Origin: Bispira polyomma
Taxonomy: Eukaryota
Assembly (NCBI GenBank): GCA_965649765.1
Contig: OZ287752.1
Coordinates: 58,404,001 to 58,468,000 of the forward strand
Reading direction: 5' to 3'
DNA length: 64,000 nt
Position numbers and translations under genes: made by a program
In this document: in pieces, positions 14,001-29,000 of the stretch
Layout: the number at the start of each line of letters is the position of its first letter
How positions within the stretch are numbered: position 1 is the first letter of the stretch
The notes under the pieces: generated by a model
The model's input: only the letters and a program-made list of their open reading frames with translations
Told to the model about the DNA's origin: nothing
Database searches by the model: none

Positions 14001-17000
14001 ATTGGTTTTTCAATGCATCAAATCTATGTCGGCCATAATCTATACAAATGACATAGTCTGACTCACAGCCTTAGTTATTGATGACAACCGTGGAAAATAT
14101 CTGGGAAAAAAAATCAAATGAAAGAACCAGTGTTCATAAAATAGCTGTCATTTTAATAAGCTGGCCACTTAAAAAAAAATCAAAAACAAATCATGCTTTC
14201 TTGTGACAAACAATGTTGATTGTATGACTCACCTTTCTTGGAAAACAAGGAACCTACAGGATGCATTGCCATCGTTTCTGCTGGGCCATATAAATGCTTC
14301 AGACAAAAATAAAACTAATAATGGTCTTGTGGATTTAGACAAAGTTCAAGTACTTGGCTTCTGATTAGAAAAGGTGATTGCAGTAAGAAATGTTTTTTTG
14401 CTGTTTTATAACTATTGGTGCAAGCAAAGTTATGACAAATTATTGGGAATGATTTATTTTTGCTATATACATAACAGGAACAGCTGAAGAACATTTATAA
14501 GCAAAACAAGTAGAAGAACAAATGATAGCTTTCCTATAATTCAGTAGAAATTTAAAGAATGTATTTAGAGAAATAATATTAAAGCCAGTAAATGGTAGAC
14601 CATTTGAAGAATACATTAGCTATGCGTTTGATTTATATATAATTCATTGATTATGTTAATACAACAGTAGACGTAAACAATGTAAGAGACATTTTGTTTT
14701 AGTATCAGTGTTTGTATATTTAGGTAAAAGTGTTGTTATATTTACTTTATCAGGAAGCGGTTTCTGTGGAGGAACATAAGCTACTTAAGATTCATGATGT
14801 CATCCAGCAACTTCCTCCCCCACATTACAGGTACAAACCTCTTCCTTGTGGTTATAAATGTGGTTTTATGATGCAAACTTTGGGTACACATGTGTGGTGT
14901 TGTAACATAAAGCTTCTAAGCCTTACAATGCTGAGTGTAAAAAAAAAAATGTAACATTTGAAAATTTTGTATGGATTTTTAACCAAGTTCTCAATAAAAA
15001 GAAAAATAACTATTCATCTATATAAATATGGTTTTTTAATACAAACTGTGGTTATATGTATGGTTTTCTAATTCAATTGCCAGAGCCAGAAATTTTCAAA
15101 ATAAAGCTACATTGTTTGCAAAAAAATATATTTGATTTCAAACTTAAGATTTGACTTTAGAATTTAAAGCTGTGTTTTGATAAATGGTCACCTGATGTAC
15201 TGTTGAAGTACTACCACAAAACCTGCAAAGTTATTTGTGCTCAAATGTATTTTTGAACATACAGCTCTTAAAATTACATTAGAACCTCTATTATCCAACA
15301 TTTTATTATCCAAATATTCAATTTTATGAACTCTATTCCACTCTGCCTGTTGTTTTATATACTTAAATATCTCTTCTTTTGTATGAACATTCTATTATCC
15401 GAACAGATAATAACCATTGCAAGATGTTCAGATAAAAGAAGTTTAACTGTATTAAGTTTCCCAAGTTGAGAATCAATAGAGTAAACATCTAGCTTTATAG
15501 ATGTTTTGCACTAAATTACCTTGATTTAAAAATAGGAGCTTAATTAATTGTAATACAGTTGTTCTTTTCTTTGATCTCTATTTTTATTAAATATGTTAAA
15601 AAAACTTGGGGAATAGAAAACAATTATATCAATATATATACTAAATAATAATGATTTAAACTTGAGCATCTTACTGCTATTTTACTTACAGGACAGCAGA
15701 GCACCTGTTCAAGCATCTGAACAGAGTGTCTAAGTTTGGTAGAAAGACGGGCATGCACTGTAAGAACTTAGCCATAGTGTGGGCACCCAACCTGATGAGG
15801 TGAGTGGAGAGGCATTATGTCAAGGTTTTTTTAGTGCATTTTTGTGTGTGTGTTACAGAACAGTAGAAGGGCCACCTAAAAGGTTATTTTTTCTCTATTT
15901 GTTGACGTATTATCTCGATAAATTGACGTAGGTATCTTGATTTATTGACTTGCTATCTTGATAAATTGACTTAGCTATCTTAGTATATCGACTTAGTATC
16001 TCGATTTATCGATTTTAAGTTCACAAATCAAAAGGAAATAGCTAAGTCCATAAATCGCGATAGCTAAGTCTATTTATCGAGATAGTAAATCAATTGGTGG
16101 CCCTTCTACTCTTCCATAGTGTGTATATGTAGTTCTACAGTAAATGTGGCTTGTGGTTTTGTACTACGAGATGTAAAAAAAAAACAATTCTGTTTATTTA
16201 CATGTCTAACTCTTGTCAGCAATAATAATAAAATATCTGTGGTCTGTCTTGTGGGATTTTATAAGGTGTGGACATGGGTTTTAGGAACGTGTTTATTTAT
16301 TGGTTGGTTACATTAATTATATACAACTAGTTATGATATATGCCCAATTGAACCACAAATTATATTGGTTTTACTGGCTTGTTTATCTACAGAATACAAA
16401 AGTAATAATTTACTAGTTGATAACACAGCTAGTTATGATCTATGCATAATTTAACCACAAGCTATGTTGGGATTATAGTCAAGAAAAATGGGAGGTCTAG
16501 CTTAAGAAATTATCTTTTCTAGAACCCAGGGTTTTCATCAATACCAAAAACATTGCCCCATTAACCCCCCCGTAACCTGCATATTCATATTATAGATTGT
16601 GTAAATTCAACATATTAAAGGGATGTGTAAACTTTGTTTTCATGTTTTATTCACATTTTTTACGGCTGATGATGTAATTTCTACTGGAAATGACATAATC
16701 AGCTGTTATACCATCTGTAGGGTGATGGCTATGCACTCTGGCTTGTCGTCAGGCTCTTCTCGTTCTAATTTTGTAATAACCGGTTACTAAAATAACTAGT
16801 TGTCATTTGTTTTTACAATTGAAGGAGGTCTAGTTAAGGAAACTCCAAGCCCACTGCGGGTCTTTTGAATGTATAACTTTGTGTATTGTTTACAGATCCA
16901 AAGAGTTGGAGAGTATGTGTAACACAGCCATGTTACAGGGAGTTGGGGTTCAGGCCATTGTAACTGAGTTCTTGATACAGTACGCAGATATCATCTTTAG

Positions 17001-20000
17001 TGACAAGCTTCAGAATGTACCAAATGACACTGGTAAGATTTTAACTAGGATCACATTCACAATGATTCATGTTTTCATATCTGTAGATAAAAGTCGCAGT
17101 TACACTGGATGTAGTCTTTTCATGGATTCCATTCATGTATGTATCACAGTTTATTTACTCATAAAGATAGTTACAAAATAGTTAAAAGTTAAAAATAAAA
17201 GTAAAAGTTAGGTAAAATTGCAAATAGATTTAAGTAAAACCTCTGTTATCCAAACAGAAAGAGAGAGCAAGCTGTTATTTAGACAATAGAAATTCATGAA
17301 ATAGAAGACAGTTAAGTTTTAAAAATCACTGAGAAATCATCAATTGAGGAGTGTGAAAGTGCCTTCATAAAAGCAATTATTCAGATCGTTGAAGTTCCGG
17401 TAATAGATTTTCTACTGTAGGAGGTTTTACACCACCCACTCATATGTAGGCTATATGGTACTGTTTTCACCTAGGTCAGTTAGAAGGTTGGCAACGTCTG
17501 CCAAAATTTGTCTGGGCTAGTTCTCTTATATTGTGTGGCCGAGGAAGTTCAGATTTAGTACAACTATTCAATTAGGTGTGCAGCATCATGGTCTGAATTC
17601 ACCGGAAGACTGGGGGAGAAGTCTTGGCATCTCTGATGCTATCTTTTTACTTGTGTTGTTTTATCCCTCACAGGATCCACAGGAAGAAGACAGAGACCCA
17701 AGTCTCTGGCTATCTCTACACCTACTAAGTTACTGTCTTTAGAGGAAGCCCGTGAACAGATGCTGACAGGACCCTATAACGAGTCCCCTAAACAGAAATT
17801 CATAGAAGTAGGGGGTGGCCCCTCCAACCTGCCTGATTACCACACTGTGATAGACCTACCCACCAAGTAAGGACTAATAGAACACTTTGGTGGTATATAT
17901 ATATATATATATATATATATGTAGAGCGGTGTTTATAAATATGCCATAAGTTTGTGGAATTTCCATATGTCTTCAAAATAAACATAAAGTTTCATTAACC
18001 CCTTTGACGACCTTGTCTGTCGTCTAGTGGTCAATGGACAAGTGTTTTCACCAGTGCCATGTCTGTCAGCCAGCAGTTTGACAGTACAAATTATTATTGT
18101 ATAGCCCCCCTCAGCACACTGGAATAAAATCTATGTGGTACACTGCATATGACAAAAAGAAATTTTTTTTTTTTCATTTGTGATGTAATCAGTTCTTCAA
18201 AATTGTAATTTGTGATATTATCAAAGTGTGTCAAAGTATTTTCCCTTGGTATAGTGGAATTCCTCTTAAAATAAAACCCAAATAAATTCAAATTCCTCTT
18301 CTTCAAGAAGTTATTGCTCCTGCAACGACTAAGTTTAGATTCAGAAACCTATTTTACGAGCCATATCTCCCATTCGTATTTCAGGAAAAAGAATCGTAAA
18401 GAGCGTCGATCCCCTGCGTTGACTCGTGAGCAGTCGGCTCCTCAGCCTGGCTCTGGTTGGAAGAGTATCTTCTCCAGAAAGAAACAGGATTCCTTGAAAT
18501 CCAATTCATCTGAAGTACGAGGTGAGTCTAGTGAACGAAAAACCTTTAAATTAGTGAACAATGCATCAATTTTACAGATATTTATTGTCAAGTGTTATTT
18601 ATTTTTGTTTAAACACCTAGCATGGCTTGTAAATATTGTGGTTAACTTGATTTAACAAGTGCTTTGACAGGGTTATGTAGGACCCAGCTATTCGCATAGA
18701 TACGGAGGTGACCAACGATCTTATATTGAAGAAGTGTCTTTGAAACAAATAGTTGTTAGTTGTTTTTTTTAGCCATTAGGTGGTGCCAAAATTTTGAAAT
18801 TGACGACGTCTCGTATTTAGAATTAATCGGAGGCTATATTTTGTTAGTGTGAGTACCTTAATATAAGAAAGTTAATCACTAACCAGGTAGAAATTTTGTA
18901 GGGAATAACCGAGACCTTAAATTTAATTTGTTTCAATAAAGTTTTCTCACTTTTAATTTTCGTTATGTTTAATTTAAATTCCTTACTCTAAATATTTTCC
19001 ACTTAAGCTTGAAGTTGACGCTATATATTCACATAGCTTGATTTTATATGGCGAATATATTAAAGCTATTAGTGTGTTGTGCAGGTCTAAATCTGTATTA
19101 TGTGCATCACACAGGTCATCGGTATTTTGAACAAAAAATATGTTTTGCATCATACACAAATGTTTACAATTGTTGCCCAAGTAAATTTAATAGCTTTCAG
19201 GCTTTATTAGACAATTTTAGGATTAAATCAGAGGATACAACAATGTTTCTAAAACAGGTACCGATTTTAAAAAGGTCTTGTTACTTTCTTCAGTTATTGG
19301 TTTAGTCACTGTTTCATGCATTTTGTCCTAATTAATCACAAAAATGTGTGAAATTTGTTCAGAAATACTGACGGCTGTATACTGTATTTTATTGTGGGAA
19401 CATGTACTCTCACTTGATGAAAAAATAAGCTGAAGAGTTTGGAGAGATAGTTATAAAGTATATAGTTACACCTGTCTTATTTAAATGAAAAATAAATTAA
19501 AAAAAAAAAAAAAACATTTTAAAAATTCTAAAATAAAACAAGACAGATATGTTGTCTACTCGTGATAAACTATGACATTTGAGTATTGTAGCATCTTTAG
19601 GTATGTGACCGATTGATTGGTCACTGAATGCTTGTTGTATATAAAATGCACCTTGTTTATTCCAGTATTATTTTTTGTTGTTGTTTTATTTTTCAATAAA
19701 CTTGCCTTTTTAGTAAATTTTTTTTTCAGTTTAGCTGCTGTTTCTTTTCAGTTGAATGCATTTTATGTTTTGGGTTATTATTTTGGTTTTTAGTAAGCGC
19801 TCAGGTTTCAGAGCCGGCAGTATCTAAGCACAGGAAGTTACGCACTGTACGGAGTGCCGATTCTTTAATAAGTTCCAGCAATTCTGAACAGGGAGGAAAA
19901 TCTAAGCCCAGTGGAAAGTTTGGCAAAGGTAGAGTTTTACAAACAAACCCAGAGATTCTTGAACACTGGGCTTACATTTGAGTCAGATAGTATTATACAG

Positions 20001-23000
20001 AGCTTCTTTTTATATCTATACATCATACAAGCCACCTTATATACATAGCAAGCAACCATTTATTGTGCTTTGTGATTTTGTACATAGAGTTTGATTAAGT
20101 TAACTCTTTTTAACTATTTATAAATACTTCAATTTTGATGTTTTTCTGTGTTGTGTTAAAGTTTTCTCTTTGATTTTATTTTGACTTACTTGCTTAAAAA
20201 ATTTACTTTAGTAGAACTGCTTTTAATATTAAAAAAAACAATTGTTTTTCCTATCATGTGTGCATTGTTTATTTTTCTTGCATTTTCTTTTATAATTACT
20301 GTTGTGTGTTACATTGCTTTTATTCCAGCATCAATAAGTCTGTGATGCTTTGTAAATGTTAGTCTATTTTCTTCTATCTTGCTTGGATTGATACTAATGA
20401 ATTAGGCAATGTTTTTAACATGTAATTGTTCCATACAGACTTGTGGATAAAAGAAATGGGATTTTCTTTTTATTAATTTTAGATGAAGATTTCCCACCGG
20501 TGAGACCTAAAGCTTTGTACCAGACTAAGGATGGCCACAGGACCCTGTCCTATGACTTAACCCACAGTGAATCTGACATGAGTGAGCCTGAAAGTTAGTT
20601 TACTTCAAATTCAGAAACATCAACTTGAGATATCGTTAGTTGGATCAGTCAACTGTGACTAATATGGCAATGCATCTAGTCATGGCTTTCGATAATGTAT
20701 AATTTACTCCCTATTGGAAGAATTTTAGTGTCCACCCAAAAGCACATTGTCGTCAAGGCAAAATATAAATAATTAGATAGATAAAACTGTAACTTTATGT
20801 TCATCTTATAGTTAAAGTTTTTCTGTGAAAAACATGAAAAAATTGTTTAGTTTTTGTATCAGCATAGATGTTAGTATTATCTCAAGAAATTAACTTGATT
20901 CATTCATTGGATTCATTGTTCATTGTTATCGGCACCCAAAAACTCGAACAAATATTGTTGATTGTCGCTCACAGCTATGGTTATTTCCATGGAAGCAGAG
21001 CTGGTTCCCAGACCAGCCAGTGCTAGTGCGGAGCTGACTGGCCACAGAGGAGAGTTGATGTCAGAAATAGAGCACACTCTATCTGTGAAGACAAAGACCA
21101 AGAAAGGGAAAACGGGCAAAGACTTGAAAAAGTGAGAGAAACAGGAGAGTTGTATTGTATTATAGATCTACAACATGCATTATTGATGCTAAGATACTCT
21201 AAAGCGCAAAAACCCAAAGAATAGTCTGAAAAACAAAGATCATAAAAACACCTAGAAGTTTATATAAGAAAGAACATCTTGAAAAGAAAAAAGACCTTTA
21301 AGTTTATTGAACATGTGGTGTCATATTTTCTGCCATTCTTAGAATAAAGTAAATAGTTACCCAATCAGATTTCTTCTTTTAGTTTTGGCTAGCCAATGAG
21401 ATTTGTTGACACTTGAAAATTGACAGAGTAAGAACTTGTTTGATTGGTGCTATTCTTGTTTTTTGTAGATCTAAGAAGAAGCAGAGGTCCGCCTCAGCAG
21501 GTCAGCCAATAGAGGGCATTCCTGCAGCAGCAGGTGTCAATCTACATAGTAGGTCTAAGTCTACCAGTCACACGGAACATCACTATGCAAGTAAGGGAAT
21601 ATAAGGGCAGCGCTTAATGATATATTCTATTACAACTACAGAAAACAAGGGAGTTACAGGCATCTCAGCCCCTACTGCAACTCACAACCAAAGAGATTTT
21701 AAAAGTATTTTACTGTTAATTCTTTAGAATGTTGATTAAAATTATTTGGCATAAATTTGAATTTAGTTGGGGTTTTATGTCAATTTCAACAGCTGAGAGA
21801 TCATATCACGACTGCCAGATTTATTGGTGCAATAAGCAAGATATATTGCCAGTTTTATCAGTAAAATTGAAACAGTTGATGTCATTTAAAATACTATTTA
21901 CCTTAAAAATGTCTAAGAGTCTTGAACCATGGCTTTCAACATATAAAACATAAAGACCGGAAGTGTGCATAGAACACATAAGCCATCATTGCGCAATTCG
22001 TAGCCGTACTTTATTTGGGAGAATAGATCACGGGAAAAATAGTTCCGTCAGTAGCTACAAAAATAGTTCACAGTAAGTTGGGAAATATCTTATTTTTTGC
22101 TTTAAAATATATTATTGTCAGTCTTTATAATAGAAATAAAGTACACAGGCTTGTACTTTATTGGAGAATCAAGGACAGGCTTCCGGCATAATGGACTCGG
22201 GCCTGCCGGCCCTCGTCCATTATTCCGCCGTAAGTCAGTCCTTCATTCTCCAATAAAGTACTCGCCCTTGAACTTTATTTCTACAATAAATAATTTGCTC
22301 ATTTCTTACAGTATGTGTGTGTCATTGGTAAATAAGAACTACACATATGATGTGGTATTTTAATTTTTCAAGTACCTACATTTGAATAACATTTTAATCT
22401 TGGGTACGGGTTGCCATGTGTGCAAGTTGCCTATATCCTGAAATATGAAGGGGTGGGTCGGATGCATAAAAAAAGGACTCCAGTACTCGTGTAGTGCAAC
22501 TCGGCCCGATTTGGAGTAATTGCTGAGTTTAGTATTTACTACTGACAATAGGGTGACCTCTGACCAAATAAAATTTAGAGCAAAAACTGGTGAAAAGATT
22601 TTGCTGGATATTTATTAAAATGTTAAATATTTGAAAACTGAAACACTAGTTGATATTATTGCGTGGAAATTTAGATATATATAGAATGTATTTTATGGAT
22701 GTCCACATTAGGTGAGTGATAATCTAATATTTTCTTGGATTACAGTTGGAAAGGTCTAAACAAGGCCTTTTCTTCCTCGCAAAAATGAACCATAGAAGTA
22801 AATGAAACATAAAATAATGAATGTGATTTAATGTGATTGTTTTGTTGTTAGATAAAGTATCTGTTGATTTATGTGCAGCTATTAATAACTACTGAATCAT
22901 GGCAACTTAATCAATATTGTTTGTCTTCATTTAAATGTCCTTGTTATGTAGGTGAAAGTTGTTTTCTGTAATTTTTTTGGCTTTGAAATAATAGATTCCA

Positions 23001-26000
23001 TCCAAATTTGCCTTGATTAAAGCCGTTATGCTGTCATCACTCAATTCTTTTTATCCTTTTTTTCTCCAGAGGGGCTAGAAAGGTAGATAGAAAATTGTGC
23101 ATATCCTGCAAATTCTCTGATATTCTTGATGACTGTTTACAGCAGACTGTATAGTCCTTTATATTATACCAAATTGCTTTTAGTGAAGAAGTGTCATTGT
23201 AAAACCAGTTGTCAGTTTAATTTATTTGAACAAAGTTTTAAAGTGGTGAAAGATTACATTTGTTGCTAGAGCAAGAAATATTTTTTAAAAATTAAAAAGG
23301 GAAGGAGGATTAACATTTTATAAAAGGTTATGTCAGGAAATGCATGTATTTGTGAAAAATATCCTGGAAATTAAAGCTACTATGATACCTTGAAATATTC
23401 CTTCTTTTATGTAAGTACCTATGGTGTGCATGATAAATGTTTCGCATGATGTCTGTGCTTCAAATAATCTATCACAGGTGGGAAGATAAAGGATGAGAGA
23501 ATTTATTGTTAATTCATGCTTTATTATTGGAGTATCTAAAAAAACAACCCAGAGAGGTTCAATAAATAGAGCACTACAACATGTATTCTTCCACATCACA
23601 AAATGATAAACTGACAGCTGGATAAAGAATTTCAATCAAGCTTTCTCTATCTTTGCTTTGGTAAAAGCATTGTTTCGCTTTGATATGATTTACAAGTTAT
23701 TTAAATGGTGCATGAGACACTAAAATTAGCCACAAACCGTAAACTTTACGAACCTTCCTATATTCAAAACCATCACTGCATCTTTGCAATAGTTGTACAG
23801 ATTACCGCATGTAATTTGTACACTCAGCGTGCTCTGCACTCTCTTTGCTTCAATTGTACATATCCTGTGTAGTCTCCTGTGGTCTAGTGGTTTGAGAGTT
23901 GGTCTGGTAATCAAAAGGTCCCTGGTTCGACTTTCTGTTAAAGCTTCATTGATCAGTGTGGGTAACATCTTTGGGAAAGGTCACGTTATGAAGTACACTA
24001 CAGTGGGGTCCTGTTAACTCAAATCTGAAGGGGCCATAAAAATTTGTTGTACTTAATAGAAATTCTACTTAACAGGGTAAATTTTAATTAGAGTAAATGT
24101 AGCAATGGGACCTTTAAATAACTTTTATTTAATAAGTAATTCTAGAGTTCTACATAAAGGGGTTATGATTGTACTTCCTTCCGATGACGAGCAATGCTAT
24201 ATTGTAAGACTGTCCCTTCTCTGAGAATGCACACTTGAAGCTATATAGAAATGCTTAAAGAAATTGGTTTGTGGCAAATTTTAAGTGTTTTACTGTATTA
24301 GGGCTCTACACTTTCATAAGTCCAACAGCTGGAGACAAGTAAAACTTAACCACTAACTTATAACTTTGATGACGAGAACCAAAAGAAAAAAGGCGAGGTT
24401 TGGGATTAAATTAAAATTTTACCAGCCCTACCAGACAAGCAGATAAAAATGTTTATGTAGAGCCAGTGTTCGAAATTCCCTCCTACCAGCCAGGTTTAGG
24501 TTCGCCAGCTACATGTATCTTTACAGAGTTGCCAGTCAACCTTGCTTGTAAGTTAAGATAAATGTTAAATTAAATGAAACATTTGACATAAATGTTTGCT
24601 TAAAAACATTACAAGAACTGCTTGATTCACCAGCTTTTTCATTTCTCACGACTAATTTCTTGCAGACTATTGGGGTGACAACTTATGCTTGGACTTGTAA
24701 CTTTTAAGAGTTACCAGCCCCCTGGGCAACATATAACTTTTTTAATGATAGCTTTGAACACTGTAGAGCCCTGTGTTTAATTGTATATAGAAAACCAATG
24801 TGATTGCTTCAATGTGCTTTAGCTTCAGAACCCACTGCTCCAGTGGTGGGACACCCGCCCCCTCCTAGCCCCTCCCTCAAAGATCGTCTGGTACAGGCAC
24901 TCACCCCAACATCGCCACGGAAACGGATCAAAGGACCCGCCCCCTCTCCCCCTCAGTCTCCTCCGACAACACTCACCGAAGGAGCGGCAAAGATCAAGAA
25001 GAAATCTGCGTCTGGCAAGAGTAAATCGCTACCTAAAACTCTGCCGACATTTGATCAAGTTCAAAAACATTCCAAGTCTGAGATAAACCAAGGTAATAAT
25101 TACACACTGTGTACTGTGTCAAGCTGGTTTACTGTGTGTTTGTTATTACTACTGTGTCTTCTTAATGTATTTGCGTTTGTTTGGCTGGATGTTTTGTGTT
25201 TAAGGTATGTCTGTATTTATTGTTACGTGATGGTATATAGGTACATCACACAATGCTTCTTTTTGTATATTTGATCATTATACAGCGCAACTACTTTCAT
25301 CCGTAATATCCAAACACTGTGAGAAGAATATATATATAGTACAGTAGAACCTCTATTATCCAAACTTATATTCTCAGAATATTCAATCCTCACACCTTTA
25401 ATCTCATAAATTTACATTTTTCCTATTGTTTTATACTTAAATGCCTCTTCTATTTTATGACAAAATCTTGCTCTCCCAGCATGTTGGGATTACAGAGATT
25501 TAAAAAATGTACCAACTCGGTGGAGAGAAAAGGCTAGCGTTTGTAAAACTGAATATGTCGGTTCAGATATTAAAAGTTCCACTCTATATCATATGTTTGT
25601 GTAGTAGAACCTATATTATCCGAACATCTTAGGAGAGCAAGATTTTATGTTCGGATAAGCGAAGGTTCATAAAATAGAAGAGGCATTTCTAAATAAAAAC
25701 AATATAAAAACATAAATTGGGATAGAGAAAATTAGTTAATGAAATCAAATGAAATCAAATATTTCAAATATCTGAATTTTGGATTAAATTTTGTTTTGTG
25801 CAATTATTTGGTGCCTTTACGTAATTGGAAATGATTGTCCAGTCTGTCGTTATATTATCTCTCAAGCTTGACTATAATCACCTGTGCATTAAATTTTATT
25901 TCATAGGAATTATCAAAATTTTGCCCAAAAATTCTGTGTATTTCTAATATGAATTTTAAACTTGTATGTGGATGCTTGTGCTTAAAATCATTGAATTTGT

Positions 26001-29000
26001 GTTTTTCTTTATCACGCTAATGTACATATTATATACTCATATGTGTGTTTCTTTGATTTTTCATTTGAAAATTACTTTTTGGGCCAGTTGCGCCTAACTA
26101 ACGCGCCATTTTAGATTGATGTGTCCGACGTCCGTCCGTCTGTCTTTCCGTCCGTCAACATTTTGGTTTCCAGATATTTAAAGGAAAAGTATTGCAGCTA
26201 ATATCACCAAATTGGTTGTGGAGGTGTATCATGTCAATAGCTTGGTTGAGATTGTATTTGGGCCCATTCCAAAAAACAAGATGGCCACCACGGCCGCCAT
26301 CTTGAAAACGATTTCCGGAAATTTAAAGGAAAAGTATTGCAGCTACAAATTAATAAACTTGAAATTTGTTGCTGGACCCTATTCCTGATACTAATTGTGC
26401 AACCCGCCTGCTTGGGGTCAATAACCCCATTTGTTAATTTCTCAACCATAAAAATAATACTTATTAGATCAAAAGTAAGAATGTAACAAAGATACTGATG
26501 TACTGATCGCTGTGACATGGGAGTTTCTACGATTTTCAGTAAAACACATAATATCGCTCACCAAGTTTGTCCGTTAAACAGAGGGCAGATATTTGTGGTG
26601 CTATTCTATTATTTGTATTAATTACAGGAAGTGGATCAGAGAAGTACACTGTTCAGACAGACCAAGGGCTTCAGAATCCATCAGAATCCTCCCATCTCGC
26701 TCAATTATCCCCCATTGAAGAGGCACTGCAGTCTGACATAAGTTCTACACCCGATCGGGAACAACAGTTTCTCGCAGCCAAGCTACAACAGAGCCATTTA
26801 CAGGTAAAGTATGAAACTACTGATGGGGATGTAACCAGTCCCATATTTTCCAAACTTCTATTATCCTTATATTTTTACTGTCACAAACTTATAATTGTAA
26901 TTCTGTGTATATCAGCTCATTAAGCACTCGGCCTTCTCGGGTTTTCCCTTTAGCTCAACTGTTAGTATACTAAACTAATAATCTGCAAGGTCCACGGATT
27001 GAATCCCAGCAGAGGCAAGCCACTTTAACTTTGCGTAATGGAGTTCAGTGGCAAGATCCTCCACCCCCCTCTCATAAGCCAGGCAAGTTAGTGGAGTCAT
27101 GGTGTAGTAGTATAAGACCTCAAGACAGGTCTTCGTGGGGAGAGGCATGTAATATCCATGTCCTCAGATCGAATTCCAGCAGAGTTAAAGATAAGTACTA
27201 TAATCTAGGTACTAAATTTAGCATGAACCAGTCACAGAAACCAGTCTAGCACTATGGCGGCTCATGTAAACAAAATCTTTCGAACAAAAAATGGCGAAAT
27301 TATGAAGAAAACATATGTTGGATGCTAGAATTAGACCAAAGTTATTGCTTTGATAAAGTGAATTGAGATAATAGATGATAATGTTAGATTTTTGCTACAA
27401 AAGTATAAGTTTTCAAGTTCCCAAATAACTAGAGTCACTTCTGTTTCTTACAAAAATTCGGCCCATTTTCCAGTAACTGGGTGCCCTGTCTTATCAGTAG
27501 TATAATCCTGACTGTAATCTTGCAGACATGATTCAAATCACAGTATGAAGCACCAGTACAAGTATTTTGACTCCCTGAATCACTAGATTCATTTCAGTTT
27601 CCAAACACATTCAGCTCATATTCCATTAATTGGAAGCCCTGTCTCATCAATAGTATAATCTTGACTGTAATCTTGCAGACATGGTCCAAGTCACAGTCTG
27701 AAGCACCAGTATAAGTTTTTGACTCCCTGAATCACTAGATTCACTTCGGTCTGTCTCATAAGCAATATAATCTTCACTGTAATCTTGCAGACATGGTCCA
27801 AGTCACAGTATGAAGCACCAGAAGGAGAGACCATGTCTTTTGGGAACTTGACTGATCAAGACGTCTTCCAAGAAACTGAGAAAAGACTGGAAAACCAAGC
27901 CAGTTATAACTCGTCCAGATACAGTACACCATCATTGGGACAGCAGAACGAATACCAGTCTAAACCGGTAGTTGCAGGATACAACAAGCAAGAACCGGAT
28001 TACTCTGGTTTTAACCGAACTGAGCAGAAATTGTCACGAGAAGACCGCTATAGTGGTAGAAGTAACAGGAATGATACCAGAGCTACAGAGGGCCAGTTAA
28101 GTAATACTGAGATGTCCATGTCACTAGACAGTCTGCTGAAAGAGGTTGTAGGTTCAGAGAATTACCAGAGCGACTTTGGATCAAACACTAGTTTTAGGAC
28201 ATTTGGTAAATCTACTGAAAATACCACTGTTGAGCACAGTAATAAGAATGTGATGCCCACAGCTCAGCAGCCTCCTCCTCCGCCGCAACAGTCGGCTGAC
28301 GTATCACATGACCTGGTAAGTTTTATTAGTTTATATGTCGATGTGACCTAGTGGGTAACACACTGGCTTGGGATCACAAGACGACCTGGGTTTAATCACA
28401 GCCTGGGTTCACCAGATTGGCAGTCCTCTGTCATTGGTTCCTGTCCCCAGTGGCAGGCTAAAGATCCTTGATAAAATTCTCATCCTCACTTAGGGGTATG
28501 ATAGTTAACTAATGCTGGTTGGTTGTTTGGCACTCAAGGAAAGGTTTATTAGCGCTTTAAACACTGAATATAAATTTGAATACAATGCAAGAACTTCCCC
28601 ACCACTTAAAGTCCTGCCCGAGATTTGCACTGGGACCCTAGAGGTGGGATGTTGTGATAATAGAGGGTTCATAAAATAGAGAAGGCACGTTTCATGCAGC
28701 ATGAAAGAATATAAGAAACTGTATATTCAAATATTTGGATAACATAAGTTGAGATAATAGAGGTTTTGCCACATACACAGATCAAAAGTCCATTTCAATC
28801 ATAGTTTCTTAAACGCTGCACCCAAGTTATAGAATGACCTACCACAAAATATTAGATATCACCTTCTCTTTCAACCTTTATAAGCAAGCTCATTACCTAT
28901 TTCTTTCAAAAAGCTTATCCCTCCTGACACAGTCTTACCATCACTGACTCCCTCTCTGGTAACGACTTTTTTCTGTCCAGCACAACATAATTACTGAATG

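Noticed and set aside
23069-23081. Candidate microexon after a strong polypyrimidine tract (ctccag|aggggctagaaag|gtagat)
   Set aside because: 13 nt is not frame-preserving between the phase-1 neighbours, and there is no supporting partner exon.
26944-27020. tRNA-like sequence (also about 23872-23945)
   Set aside because: Degenerate A/B boxes and broken cloverleaf arms; better explained as tRNA-derived repeat heads.
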